64,000 nucleotides of DNA from Rhynchobatus australiae (lineage: Eukaryota): NCBI GenBank assembly GCA_034780895.1, contig JAUZTB010000073.1, forward strand, positions 17,282,386 to 17,346,385, written 5' to 3'. Position 1 is the stretch's first letter. Every line of letters begins with the position of its first letter. The notes beneath the pieces are model-generated. The model ran no database searches and was not told the DNA's origin. It saw only the letters and a program-made list of their open reading frames with translations. Positions 52,501 to 64,000 of the stretch are shown here, piece by piece. The position numbers and the translations under genes were made by a program.

Positions 52501-54339
52501 CACACAAAATCCCATGTACTCAGCCAGTCTGGCACGTACAGGGCAGTACTTGAAGCAAAGTTGCTTAAATGCTTTTTGCTTGCACTGGTCAGCTTAGTGG
52601 AATAAGGTCAACACAGACATGGAGCCCAATCCCAGCTCCATCCGTCAATGCAAGTAAACCAAATGAAAATAAGGATTCTAGTGCCCTGTTGCTTTCCCCA
52701 TTGAGTTTAGTGTGAGAAAGAAACAAAGAGCAGTAATAGAATCCTGACCCGCATAATGTTAGGAACCAGAGGCACTGCTTGAATCTGAATGAACATGGTG
52801 TGGCTCACATACAATTCACATGAAGCTACTCTCTGCACATCAGACCGGTCAATGATCAACACTGAATTCTGAATACAAATTTGGTACATTTGGCTCATCC
52901 AGGGATACATTTACAATCTATCCACGTAAATAGCTTCACAAAGTACATCCCCTCTTAAGGGATTCTTCACCAAGTAACAGCCACAAAATTCGCCAAGACT
53001 ATTGTTGCCCAGTTACATCTGGTTAACTGGGAATCCAGATGTGACCAAGCACATTTTAGATTAACAAAAGACAAGAGATAGTGGTCATGTGAGCTCATTA
53101 TTGATGCAGAGTGCAACCAATGAACTTTAACCTCTTCTGAATGTTTGTTGATAAAATGGGAAAACAAATAGAACACGAGAATGCTCTTTAATCGTTGAGT
53201 GGCCTGCTTCCATGGTTACTGAATGGTGGCAGATGTGCTGGGGGTAACTGTAGCCAGGAAATCCACATCACTAAAGTACAGCAGAGGTGGAGAAGAGGAG
53301 TCGTGCAGGGGAGTCACGCACCCNNNNNNNNNNNNNNNNNNNNNNNNNNNNNNNNNNNNNNNNNNNNNNNNNNNNNNNNNNNNNNNNNNNNNNNNNNNNN
53401 NNNNNNNNNNNNNNNNNNNNNNNNNNNNNNNNNNNNNNNNNNNNNNNNNNNNNNNNNNNNNNNNNNNNNNNNNNNNNNNNNNNNNNNNNNNNNNAGTAGT
53501 TGGGGGGGGGGGTCGATGGAGAGGTGTAGAGGGCAGGCTGTGGGTGGAGTGGCCAGAGCCAGTGAGAGGACAGGGTGGTAGAGAGGCAGAAGGAGAACAG
53601 AAAGATAGAGACCAAAACAGTTCATGAGATAGGTCTGGGGGATCGGGTGGTGGTAGAGATGCATGAGACTGAACCACCAAGAGTATGAAACGAGGTCCAA
53701 GCAGAGCACAGCAATGGATCATAAAGGAGGATGAGGCAACATTAATGACAGAATTATACAGACAGGTTTCCAAAGCTGCCCCATGAGAATTATAGGTTGT
53801 ACATTCACTGCGAAATCCACAAGTGGATGCAAGACAGACTGTACACAGGTTCCATGGAGGAATGAGAGAGGGTCGTCTGATTAATCTTTCCAACTTTAAA
53901 CAGAGCTAGTGCCACAGGGGAATATCACAGATAATGTCTGTGTAGTGTGGTCACAGTAACCATAATAACAGACCATATCCAAACTCTAAGAGACATTAAA
54001 GGGGAGATTACACCATTTATAAGATTATTAAACCCAACTTTCCCTTGAGGACATCACATACAGAGGATCTGCTGCAGGTGGAAGACATTGGTCTTGAAGC
54101 TCAATTCAATGTCCTGAACATCAAATGGACGCTCACTGTCCAGGGGAAGGACTTGACAGATAGTAACTGAACCTGTCTGCTCCTGTATAAAGCAAATGAG
54201 GAACCTTGCTTAACAACAGGATTTCAGAGGCTCCACAGTTCCAGTCCTTTGTTATGGATAACCTTTCTTTCACTGATCAAAGCCTGTTTAAAGAAGTGCA
54301 ACATCCTAGCTACTCCTGGGAATCCCTGGCCCATTACCA

Positions 54340-54608
54340 CTCGTAGTGGAGAAGGCACATTTGTGGTGGTTTTGATAACCTCGCAGACATGCATTGGGAG
54401 CACATAGAAGACCTGTGTAACTGGAGGAAGGAATGGCCCACCTCACAAACCCACCCAACTGCCCACACTGTCCAGCATCTCCTGCGCCATCTGTGGAAAG
54501 TCAAAGTGGGAACCACAGGCTCATCAGGCACTTCTGCACTCAAAACCAGAGTGGAAGCAAGTCATCCTCGATCCCAAGGGACTGCCTAAGATGATGATGA
54601 TGATGATG
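54340..54608 (+). mobile_element. RTE-type LINE 3' end with (GAT)n tail
   Basis: Degenerate C-terminal CAICGK...H motif, then gtggaagcaagtcatcctcgatcccaagggactgcctaa followed directly by a (GAT)n microsatellite tail, the structure typical of RTE-clade 3' ends. Confidence 0.65.
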
Positions 54609-55699
54609 CTGGTAATCAAAGTATGACGATAAGCATTCTTAATATTTGTGAAGCTTCCTTCAAGTATGATAAGACCAGCTAAAGAATAATTGTAATGGCT
54701 GGTGAAATTACAGTTATCTAACATCACTTGCTGATTACTCTACAGCTACAGGCAGTTAGACTATCAGCAAGTTTCTCCTTGAAATTTATGACACTGCGCC
54801 GATTCACTTCGGNNNNNNNNNNNNNNNNNNNNNTCCCAACTGATGCAAGGTGCAAGCATTACATGGCTACAGGTGTAACAATGATCAGCATACACCAGGT
54901 CCATACGTTTCCTTCCTGAATTATTGCAACATTGGGAGATATGGGGTTGGAAGAATGGCTTTGTTTTACATAAGGAGCCCACAATTATGTTATGCTTTTT
55001 TCAAACCGAAGCCTTATTTTTTTTCCCCCGTGAGTTACTGAATCCAGTATAGGTCACTGCAGAGAGCTGATTAGCAAAGCGAGCTCCCAATGACATAATT
55101 TTCACATCCCATCATAACTTCAAGCTTAAAGTAATTATGCTCAGTGATACTGAGAAGCTATAGACAGGTTGTATCAATATATCCCCCATGGCATCATCCA
55201 CTTTCATTTGTACGTATACATGTACATGCACGCACTCTACACAAACTCAGTTCTAACACAAAAGGATTTAGTAACACATCTGCTTCTGTTGTAGAGGGAG
55301 ATCATTTCCATCAGACCAAAGGTAAAGGAAAAGTATATCTCTCAGGAGTCAACAATCACCTCCTCCAAGAGTTAACTGTGATGGCATGACACTAGAGTCA
55401 TAAATAGGCCCAGAGCAGGCAAAAACAATTGGTTTCCTTGCTTGCAGGACACTGGTTTATCAAGTTGGGTGTCCCAACATCAGATTTGTGGCCACTTTTA
55501 TTGATTTGAGCTTTTGATATAAAAAGCCAATACAAGTTCTCAAATTACCAGGGCAAGATGACACATCAACTCAAACTCTGGGTCCAAGTCCTGTTCTCTG
55601 GTCAGGTTGTCCAGCGAGAGAACCACTGGAAATGCACGCACACTGGAAATTACAGGCTGACACAGCATTAATGTCCGCCCGATTTACACGAGCACTTAC

Positions 55700-56050
55700 C
55701 AAAGACAGTGAGGTTAACCTGGCTCTCTCGGTTTCCTGTCGGGAAGGTTGCAAACTCACAGATGTACACCCCTTCGTCCATCAGCTCCAACCTGGACAGC
55801 TCAATTGTCGCATCATTTAGAGATGGCTTTTTGAAAGATACTCTATCTTGGTACGGTGGCAGGACGGAGACCCCCATAGACGGATGAAAAATGGCAATAT
55901 TTTGCTTGGACCCGTTGGTTGCCTTTTGCCATGTGACTTGAGTGATTTTGATTTTGGGATCGTTGTTTACGAAAGTGCATCGCAAAACCACACTGGTGCC
56001 AATAAATCCAGATAAGCTGTCATCCACTGTCACTGTCTGTGCCTGAAAAA
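55700..56050 (-). CDS. NECTIN1: Nectin-1 coding exon 2 (Ig V-set domain)
   Basis: Translates as (V)FQAQTVTVDDSLSGFIGTSVVLRCTFVNNDPKIKITQVTWQKATNGSKQNIAIFHPSMGVSVLPPYQDRVSFKKPSLNDATIELSRLELMDEGVYICEFATFPTGNRESQVNLTVF, closely matching the nectin-1 V domain (KITQVTWQK.TNGSKQN, DEGVYICEFATFPTGNRESQ). Acceptor ttgtag| ends at 56051; donor G|gtaagt at 55699; 351 bp, phase 1-1. A second AG 8 nt inside (tttttcag) makes the exact 5' edge slightly uncertain. Confidence 0.96.
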
Positions 56051-57644
56051 CTACAACAACATCGTCTTGTTAGAAGTCAGAATTATAGGGACAAATTTAA
56101 TGTACATTGCTGTTTATATAATTGTACTGCATGCACAAGAAAGCAGCTGCATTTCAATCGCACTTTTCACATCCTTGCGAGTCCCTTAGTTGTTTACAGC
56201 CAGAGAATTGCCAAGGAATGTAGTGCCATTGTTCCCTTGGTCTGCCACAGACACTGCCAATGCAGTACAATGTGGCATCTGTACAGGCAGAAGCTTCAAC
56301 CCAAGGACAGCTGTATTACCCTCATTACTGCACCATACATATCACAGGAGGTTCAAGACACTCAACTACAAAAGACTACGAACCTGTGATAGTCTACCTT
56401 AAACTGAGAGTCCTGCTTACTGAATCAAACACCAGGTTCTGTAATAATTAAGGAATTCTAACAACATGAGGGACATGGTGATAGAATACTTGAGAGGGGC
56501 GCAAGGAGGACGAGAGCTGACTATGGAAAGGGCACCGTATAGGAAAGAGTACAACAACCATTTCTTTCACAGCAACAAGCTTGTCAAGCCAAATTCCTCA
56601 AGTAACAATACAAGTGCTGCTTTACATAATGCACTGTGTTCAGCCCAGGGAACTAATTTCCATTCCTGTGGATAAGCGCAAGTTTCTAGAAAACAACATA
56701 ATTAATGATGAGAATGAGCTTCTGCAGCATTCATACACATTCAGTAACAATGTCCAATACCTGGACTTTGCTTACTCACTACCCTTGGCTGAATTCAGCT
56801 GTACATTTTCAATTGCTGAATATTTATTCATGGGAATATACATCATATGAAATATTACAGCTCAATGCCATGCTGCTAATCAAACGTAGCCACGCTTCCT
56901 GAACAGGCATGCTGAACATCCGCCAACTTTCACTGTTCCCATGGAGGAGTAACAATCGATGCAGTGACCTAGATGTGTAACCAAAGCAGATAGTGCANNN
57001 NNNNNNNNNNNNNNNNNNNNNNNNNNNNNNNNNNNNNNNNTCATACTCGTTTTGCATCAGAGAGGTCTCTTCAGCAGAACACAAACAACTCCCAGATATG
57101 AAGATTCTGTACTGAGGAGGTCACACAGTCAGTCCAGGATTGCTCCACGAAATTCAACACTACTTCTCAACTGTAACAAGCCTCTTGGGACTCATCACAT
57201 TAATGAGCCACCAACTCTTCTTGGAGTCCAGTAATGAAATACACACATCAACACATAAACTCACAAGGCAACATTACTCTATTCTTGGAGCTGTGGTCAT
57301 TTTGCTGCATTTTCAGGTTATTTCTGATTACTTTTCCTCCCCGAGAGTTACCTTATTACCATGCCCAGTAAGAGTCCTTCACAGTGCCAAGCCAAAACCA
57401 CCCCCCCCCCCAAAATAGACCAAACCAATAATAGAGCAGATGCCAGTTTTCCAGAAGTTCCATGGGTAGGTTCTATAGATGGACCCAATTAGAAAGTTTG
57501 CACCATTGCTGCTCCTCTACAGGGGGACAACCATGCCAACATAGCCAATGATCAGATACTCTGGGCATTGACTGATCTGCCAGCAGCCAGCTTATTCTTG
57601 TGAATCCAACAAAAGGAATTTCAGAGAGCATAAAAGGAGGAATA

Positions 57645-57880
57645 TCAACCCTGCAATCTTTCTCCTGTACTGATACTCTCAGTAGGACTGCAATCCATTC
57701 TCCGTATTGAGCCCACCTCCACTGTCAGCAGGACTGCAATGTCTCCTGTAATCAACCCACCTTCACCATCAGTGGGACTGCATTACATCTCCTCCAGTGA
57801 AACGGCCTCCATTGTGAATGAAACGGCAATTGGTCTCCTGTAAGGAACCTGCCTTCATTGTCAGTAGGATTGTAATATGC
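57645..57880. repeat. Diverged minisatellite, about 45-bp unit, about 5 copies
   Basis: Recurring cagtaggactgcaat...tctcc...cctccaytgt at 44-46 bp spacing (starts near 57680, 57726, 57770, 57816, 57862). Confidence 0.75.
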
Positions 57881-58192
57881 CTTTCGGTTACATGACTCAT
57901 TGTTTATTTTTTTATTTTGCTGCTCACGGGCCTTTTTCAGTTCTATTGCCCACTTATGCCATCCTTTGTATTCAGATCACCATCTCTGGACACTGGCAAT
58001 AATTTCACCCACTGCATTCTCACTTTATTCATTTGGAACAGAGGACTAATTATGCACAATGCTATCCCCTCATGATCCTTTATGAATAGGAGGACACTCA
58101 CTGCAGGGCAACCCAAAGGAGGATGTTGCAGGAATGATGCGGCAGAATTTCAAAAGGCCAATCAAAACTCAGCTTGTGTTCATTGACTCATT

Positions 58193-58361
58193 AGCAACAC
58201 ACAAAGATGGAGGAACTCAGTGGGTCAGGCAGCATATAGACCAGATGAAGGGTCGCGACCCAAAATATCAACTGTCCATTTCCCTCCATAGATGCTGCCT
58301 GACCCACTGAGTTCCTCCAGCTTGTGTGTTGCTCCAGATTCCAGCATGTGCAGTCTCGTGT
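58193..58361. repeat. Palindromic (hairpin) dispersed repeat, probably Penelope-like-element derived
   Basis: Perfect 28-bp inverted repeat 58208-58235 / 58292-58319, extended imperfectly to 58193/58333. Related pieces at about 12300-12390, 15685-15800, 17680-17770, 25320-25420, 52290-52345 and 59242-59640. Confidence 0.75.
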
Positions 58362-59241
58362 CACATTTCTCTGATTCTTTGCCTATTTTCACCACACCTC
58401 AGACTTGTGATGGGCAAGAACAACAAACAGTGACCAGATCTATATTGAAGGCTTTAAATCAGTGATTGCTGCTTCAACTGTTCCCTGCAAAGAATGAAGC
58501 ACATCAAGCAACAACCCACCTCATTAATACAGAAATTAATCCAAGGACTTGGCTCCCATTCCAGCTCTGCCAAAAAAGGAAAAAAATGACTCCCCCAGGC
58601 TCTATTTTGTCAAATTAGCCTCCATGTTCCGAGAACAGGAGTATTGAATGTACCTGATCTTGCACACTGTGTGGCCTTTACAGTAAATCACTCAAATTAA
58701 ACCATAGATCTTCATCTGTCATGCACAGGCTATTTCAACATATCACAGCTAAACAACAAGGAGTTTATCGGTGTGGAACAGGTTGAAAGATACACCATTA
58801 GCAGACCCCTCCTCCACCTCTCCGCAAAATGTTCACATCCACACAGCGATAACGCCGCTTATTCCAATGCATGCTATTTATGTGAAGCAGATAAGCATAG
58901 GAAAGCAGAGGGCAATTTCGACTCATCAGCAGTTTCAGTAAACCGATTCCAAAACTATTACACAGTCAAAGAAAAATAGTCTCTGTTGAGAGGGTATGAC
59001 ACTCACTCCTTCAGAAACAAGTCTCACAAGGGGTTTCAATACTTCAGTGCCTTAGGGCAGATGATGGCATGCATTTGTGGGCAGATTTGCCCAGCTGGTT
59101 GTATGTTGGGATACCTGTGCCTGTAGGGGTCAGGCCCATGCAATTCTATGGTGCAGGTCTGGGAAATTAGAAGTCTGGGTTCATTTGTGTTAAATGGACA
59201 ACTGGTACCAACTTCCAAAGGAACATCAAAGATTCCTCAGT

Positions 59242-59640
59242 AACACACAAAACGCTGGAGGAACTCAGATCAGGCAGCATCTATGGAGGGAACTAAGGCA
59301 GTCGACATATAGGGTTGAGACACTTCATCTGGACTGAAAGGGGGGGGGGGGGAGGGGGAAATAGCCAGNNNNNNNNNNNNNNNNNNNNNNNNNNNNNNNN
59401 NNNNNNNNNNNNNNNNNNNNNNNNNNNNNNNAAGGCAGTCGACATATAGGGTTGAGACACTTCATCTGGACTGAAATGGGGGGGGGGGAGGGGGAAATAG
59501 CCAGTATAAAAAGGTAACAAGGAAGGGCTCCACCCCAAACAACAACTGTCCATTTCCCTCCATAGATGCTGCCTGACCCACTGAGTTCCTTCAGGGTTTA
59601 TATGTTGCTCCAGATTCCAGCATCCGCAGTCCCTTGTGTC
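59242..59640. repeat. Second palindromic element of the same family (with gap and false duplication)
   Basis: ctggaggaactcag...caggcagcatctatggaggga at left; tccctccatagatgctgcctgacccactgagttcct at right. Confidence 0.72.
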
Positions 59641-62559
59641 ACTAAACCCTCCTCATTTGCAGCACATCAGCCAGTTAACTGAATCATCCAAAGTATGAAT
59701 CAAAAGGAAAAATATTACATCGTCCCTGGGAATGACTGACTATTTATTTGTGATTTTCAGCCTCAGTATTATCAACTGTGCAGAATCCATCAAAATTCTC
59801 GGTCAGGCATTGGAGTAATATTCTCCATCGACTTACTGGTGAAGTTGCTGTTTTAGATAAAACACGAGCACTGAAGCAAACATCCTCAGGGCGGTCCTGG
59901 GAATCAGAGATGCTGCTGGAAACACAATTAGTATCTTAGCCGGAGAGTAAATGTGACGTTTGCGGGTCAGTCACATCTGTGTCTAGTAATANNNNNNNNN
60001 NNNGATATTTGCTCGTGTTGAAAAGATGCCTTAGGTTCCAAACTTCAATAACTTCAACTGGCACACTGACGCACTTCTCTCTAATCCCAGTCACCTCCTG
60101 CCACAGTTTGACATGGGTTTTGTTCTCTCCCAATCCCCCACCACCACTCCACACCCCTTGCCTCTGTTCCTTTTCCCATGCCTGCAAGGGACGGTTTTTT
60201 GGTTATTCCTTTTAAGGTTAATAAGGCTGCTGTTTACTCTACTCAATCTTTACCTTTTAAATTATTCAGAACAACAAATTATTTATGCACCAGAAGACAT
60301 TGCAGGCTGTAGCTGAAAACCACTGTCAGGTGCAAGTTGTTCATAGGCAGCAAACTCACTCACCATCATTTCCTTGCTTCTGCCTCTACTACAGGTTCTC
60401 TATAAGACAATTTCTTCACTAGGAATGACTGAAAAGTGACCTGCTAATCAGAACTCTTTAAACATCATAAGTTAACTGCATGAAACATTAAAACTCTGCA
60501 TCTTGTTTTTTTATTATGCCTTTAAAAAACACATGATCTTAAAGACCCAGCTCATAACTTGACCCCTTTTTAAAAGGGAAATAAAATTGCAAGAAATGTT
60601 GACCTGATCAGCAGAGTTTGGACCAATGCTCCAAATACAACTCATTTCATGCATGCTGGTATGAAGTGCATTCTATTGGTACCCCCTCCACTGATGATGG
60701 TACAACATGGGCTGTGGTTGCAGTTTCAGGCACTGTGACAATCTCATGACAGCAGTTTCACCTTTAACTTTAATACTCAAATTTGTAGAAGNNNNNNNNN
60801 NNNNNNNNNNNNNNNNNNNNNNNNNNNNNNNNNNNNNNNNNNNNNNNNNNNNNNNNNNNNNNNNNNNNNNNNNNNNNNNNNNNNNNNNNNNNNNNNNNNN
60901 NNNNNNNNNNNNNNNNNNNNNNNNNNNNNNNNNNNNNNNNNNNNNNNNNNNNNNNNNNNNNNNNNNNNNNNNNNNNNNNNNNNNNNNNNNNNNNNNNNNN
61001 NNNNNNNNNNNNNNNNNNNNNNNNNNNNNNNNNNNNNNNNNNNNNNNNNNNNNNNNNNNNNNNNNNNNNNNNNNNNNNNNNNNNNNNNNNNNNNNNNNNN
61101 NNNNNNNNNNNNNNNNNNNNNNNNNNNNNNNNNNNNNNNNNNNNNNNNNNNNNNNNNNNNNNNNNNNNNNNNNNNNNNNNNNNNNNNNNNNNNNNNNNNN
61201 NNNNNNNNNNNNNNNNNNNNNNNNNNNNNNNNNNNNNNNNNNNNNNNNNNNNNNNNNNNNNNNNNNNNNNNNNNNNNNNNNNNNNNNNNNNNNNNNNNNN
61301 NNNNNNNNNNNNNNNNNNNNNNNNNNNNNNNNNNNNNNNNNNNNNNNNNNNNNNNNNNNNNNNNNNNNNNNNNNNNNNNNNNNNNNNNNNNNNNNNNNNN
61401 NNNNNNNNNNNNNNNNNNNNNNNNNNNNNNNNNNNNNNNNNNATTCCAGGCACAGGATTGAACAAAACCTTCATTGAATAACCTAATGAAAATCAGAGCC
61501 CCAATAGATCCCCCAGATTATGTGCGAAAGTCACCAGGTCTGACCACCTGTCTGTGCTGTCAAGTGAGTGGCACTTGAAGCTAGAATTAGACTCAATTCT
61601 CTGAGGCAGGAACAATAAAACTCTTGATCACTGGATGGCAGTTCATGTAGCCATGCGCCTGTGGGAAATGGTCAGGTCCTGGCTCGTCCACAATGTTCAA
61701 GCAGTCAAGTGTCTTGCTCACTCGTATCCACAAGAGTGGACAATGGGAAGGGGAATAGAAGATTGCATGGAGTCATGGTCTGACGGGAGCCACTGCCTTC
61801 CGGAGTGGAGGGAAAGGCTCTACATTAGGTTGACAGAGTAATGCCTGTTCTTGTTGCTCCAATGATTTATCTAACTTTGTAACAACCAGAGCAGATTTGT
61901 TTTCATTCATAATCAAAGCTGATTAGACCCTAAAGAAGAATTCAACCATTGTAAATACATTTGGACACTGCACTCATTTCCAGTTACCCATTAGCTATGG
62001 TAGCATAAAGACTTGTGTGAAGTGGTCTAACAAAGTACTTGATTCAAGGAGCAAATCAGAGATACATCACAAATGTTGGCCTCGCATGAGTAATAAAAGC
62101 ACTTCATCTAGAGTTATGGGAGAAAGATATCAACATGTTTGGGCAGTGAATTTCCACATTCAGTCTGGAAGTGCCAATTGTTCAGAGTATCCACCACACT
62201 CCAGCTCCTGCAGTCTGGCCTTTTCTAGCCTTAGTTTAGAAGACACTGATTCACCAAATGGACTGTATGATAAAATGCCAGACTGGTCTACCTCCCCAAA
62301 GCAGATATTGCTTCACTTTAAAACTTGCTAACTTGATCCACATTGGTAGTGGAGGAGGAGACCGCCTGTGTCCACTCCGCAAATGGCCAGTCATTCCAAC
62401 TGCTCAAAGCAAAGGCTGCTCCTCTGTCAGATGTCATTCTTCCATTGGAATAATTTGGCAGCCCATGGAACCCTAGCCTTCCTCATCCACCATGCCCAAC
62501 TGAGACTCATTCCATCACTACCCACAGTCACCACATACGGGCTGAGTAACATCATGACT

Positions 62560-63070
62560 GGTCTGGTGTTAGGAGGCCTGGACCACAGATCTGGGGACAC
62601 AAGAATGAATGCCACCTTGAAGCATCTTAAATTAACTTTCGGAAGGAAAAATGGCTGGTATGAGAGAAAATGAAGCAATTGTATTTTCATTATCAGCCCA
62701 TGTGATTCACTAATGTCATTAGGAAAGGAATCTGCCATCCTCACCCAGTCTGACCCATGTGCAATGCCAGACACACCAGTGTACTCTGCCCTAATTGCCC
62801 TTTGTGGTGGTCTAGTTCACTAGAGTTATACAGCATGGAAGCAGGCCCTTCGGCTCAATTCATCCATGCTGACCAAGTTGTCTGTCTGAACTTGTCCCAT
62901 GTCCTTCTAAACCTTTTCTATTCATGTATCAGAAGACTGTCATTGTATCCCACTCTATTATTTCCTCTGACAGCTCATTCTACACACCCTCTGTGTGAAG
63001 TGTTCAAGGGGCAACCAGAAACACACCACTAATGCTGGCCTTGCTAGCAATGTCCACATAAATAATAAAA
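62560..63070 (+). mobile_element. Old SINE family copy (other copies near 27120-27430, 35630-35850, 4620-4820) split by an antisense CR1 tail at about 62821-63000
   Basis: Shared motifs ttcactaatgtc...ggaaaggaatctgcc...tctg and ttcaagggca...aatgctggcctt on either side of a CR1 tail (tacagcatggaagcaggcccttcggc). Confidence 0.6.
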
Positions 63071-64000
63071 ACATTTCTTGTACAATGCAGTACATGCATC
63101 CTACCTTCACAATATCCTGCATGGGATACAACTGATTACTGCATTCACACCACTCCTCTTTACTTTCTCCCCATTCAATGGTGGGCATTTTCCAACCTCC
63201 ATATTTACCCTGGCAGGGATTAGCTCTCAGCAAGTCATTGCACAATAGCTTCAAATGTTACTTTGTTCACAACTCACCTTACTAATAAAGAAACTTTTGT
63301 ACAGTAATGCTTCTCATCAGCTCAGCACCACCCCCCCCCCCCAACCCCGGGTGTTCCCNNNNNNNNNNNNNNNNNNNNNNNNNNNNNNNNNNNNNNNNNN
63401 NNNNNNNNNNNNNNNNNNNNNNNNNNNNNNNNNNNNNNNNNNNNNNNNNNNNNNNNNNTCAGCTCAGCACCACCCCCCCCCCCCAACCCAGGGTCTTCCC
63501 ACAACACTCAATTTGCCAGCTCCAGAACCGCCTGACCGCAGGAAATGGGCACAGGCTATCAGCTGATCTGCTTCCCAGAGCCGAACCCTCCAAAGCAATG
63601 GCAGCACCACAGCCATCTCAACAGGCAACAAATGCCAAAGTCATTTTCAGAAGCTAAAGCTGGCTAATTGGAAAGGGTTCAGGCGCCAAGCAGTGGTTGG
63701 ATAAGATGAGCAGATGCAGCTTTTGCACACTGGCACTACAAGAAGTTGCCCAGGGATTTAGAAACAGATTTCCTAATTCAGATCCACTGATCATCTGCCA
63801 TCTGGTGCTTCTGCACAAGGGATATGGCAGCAAATGGGAGTTACCAGAAGGGTTAAGCGATCCTAGTAAGAATGCACAGAAGATGAGAAATTATCCAAGG
63901 CAGCAGCTCAAACCATACACCATCTTGTTATCCCCCGAGGGACAGCTCAGGCACATGGGCTCCTACAGTGCATCAATCGAGACACATTATCTGTTATTAA

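Noticed and set aside
57645-57880. Regularly spaced repeats as a CRISPR-like array
   Set aside because: Vertebrate DNA, no unique spacers (whole units are homologous), and no cas genes.

Overview
Eukaryotic, gapped short-read-style assembly of a vertebrate. The repeat content (V-SINE/HE1-like SINEs, dense CR1-type LINE fragments, Penelope-type hairpins) points to a cartilaginous fish, probably a ray or shark; this taxon call is an inference. The window lies inside a NECTIN1 (PVRL1) gene on the minus strand. Four coding exons are visible with canonical AG/GT sites and matching phases: V domain 55700-56050, C2 47368-47670, and third Ig domain 46500-46617 + 34704-34855. The signal-peptide exon and the transmembrane/cytoplasmic exon were not found in the window. 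The most notable non-gene element is a heavily deleted class I (gamma/epsilon-like) endogenous retrovirus at about 7760-11300 on the + strand. It retains a gag zinc knuckle, protease, an extra domain that may be a 2H-phosphoesterase remnant, RNase H, integrase, env and a 3' LTR, and is inserted into a CR1 fragment. Other points of interest are a CpG-rich promoter-like patch inside intron 2 next to a gap, and palindromic elements with degenerate hammerhead-ribozyme-like cores. Nearly all ORFs in the supplied track are spurious or TE-derived. All family assignments come from motif recognition, not database searches; repeat boundaries are approximate.
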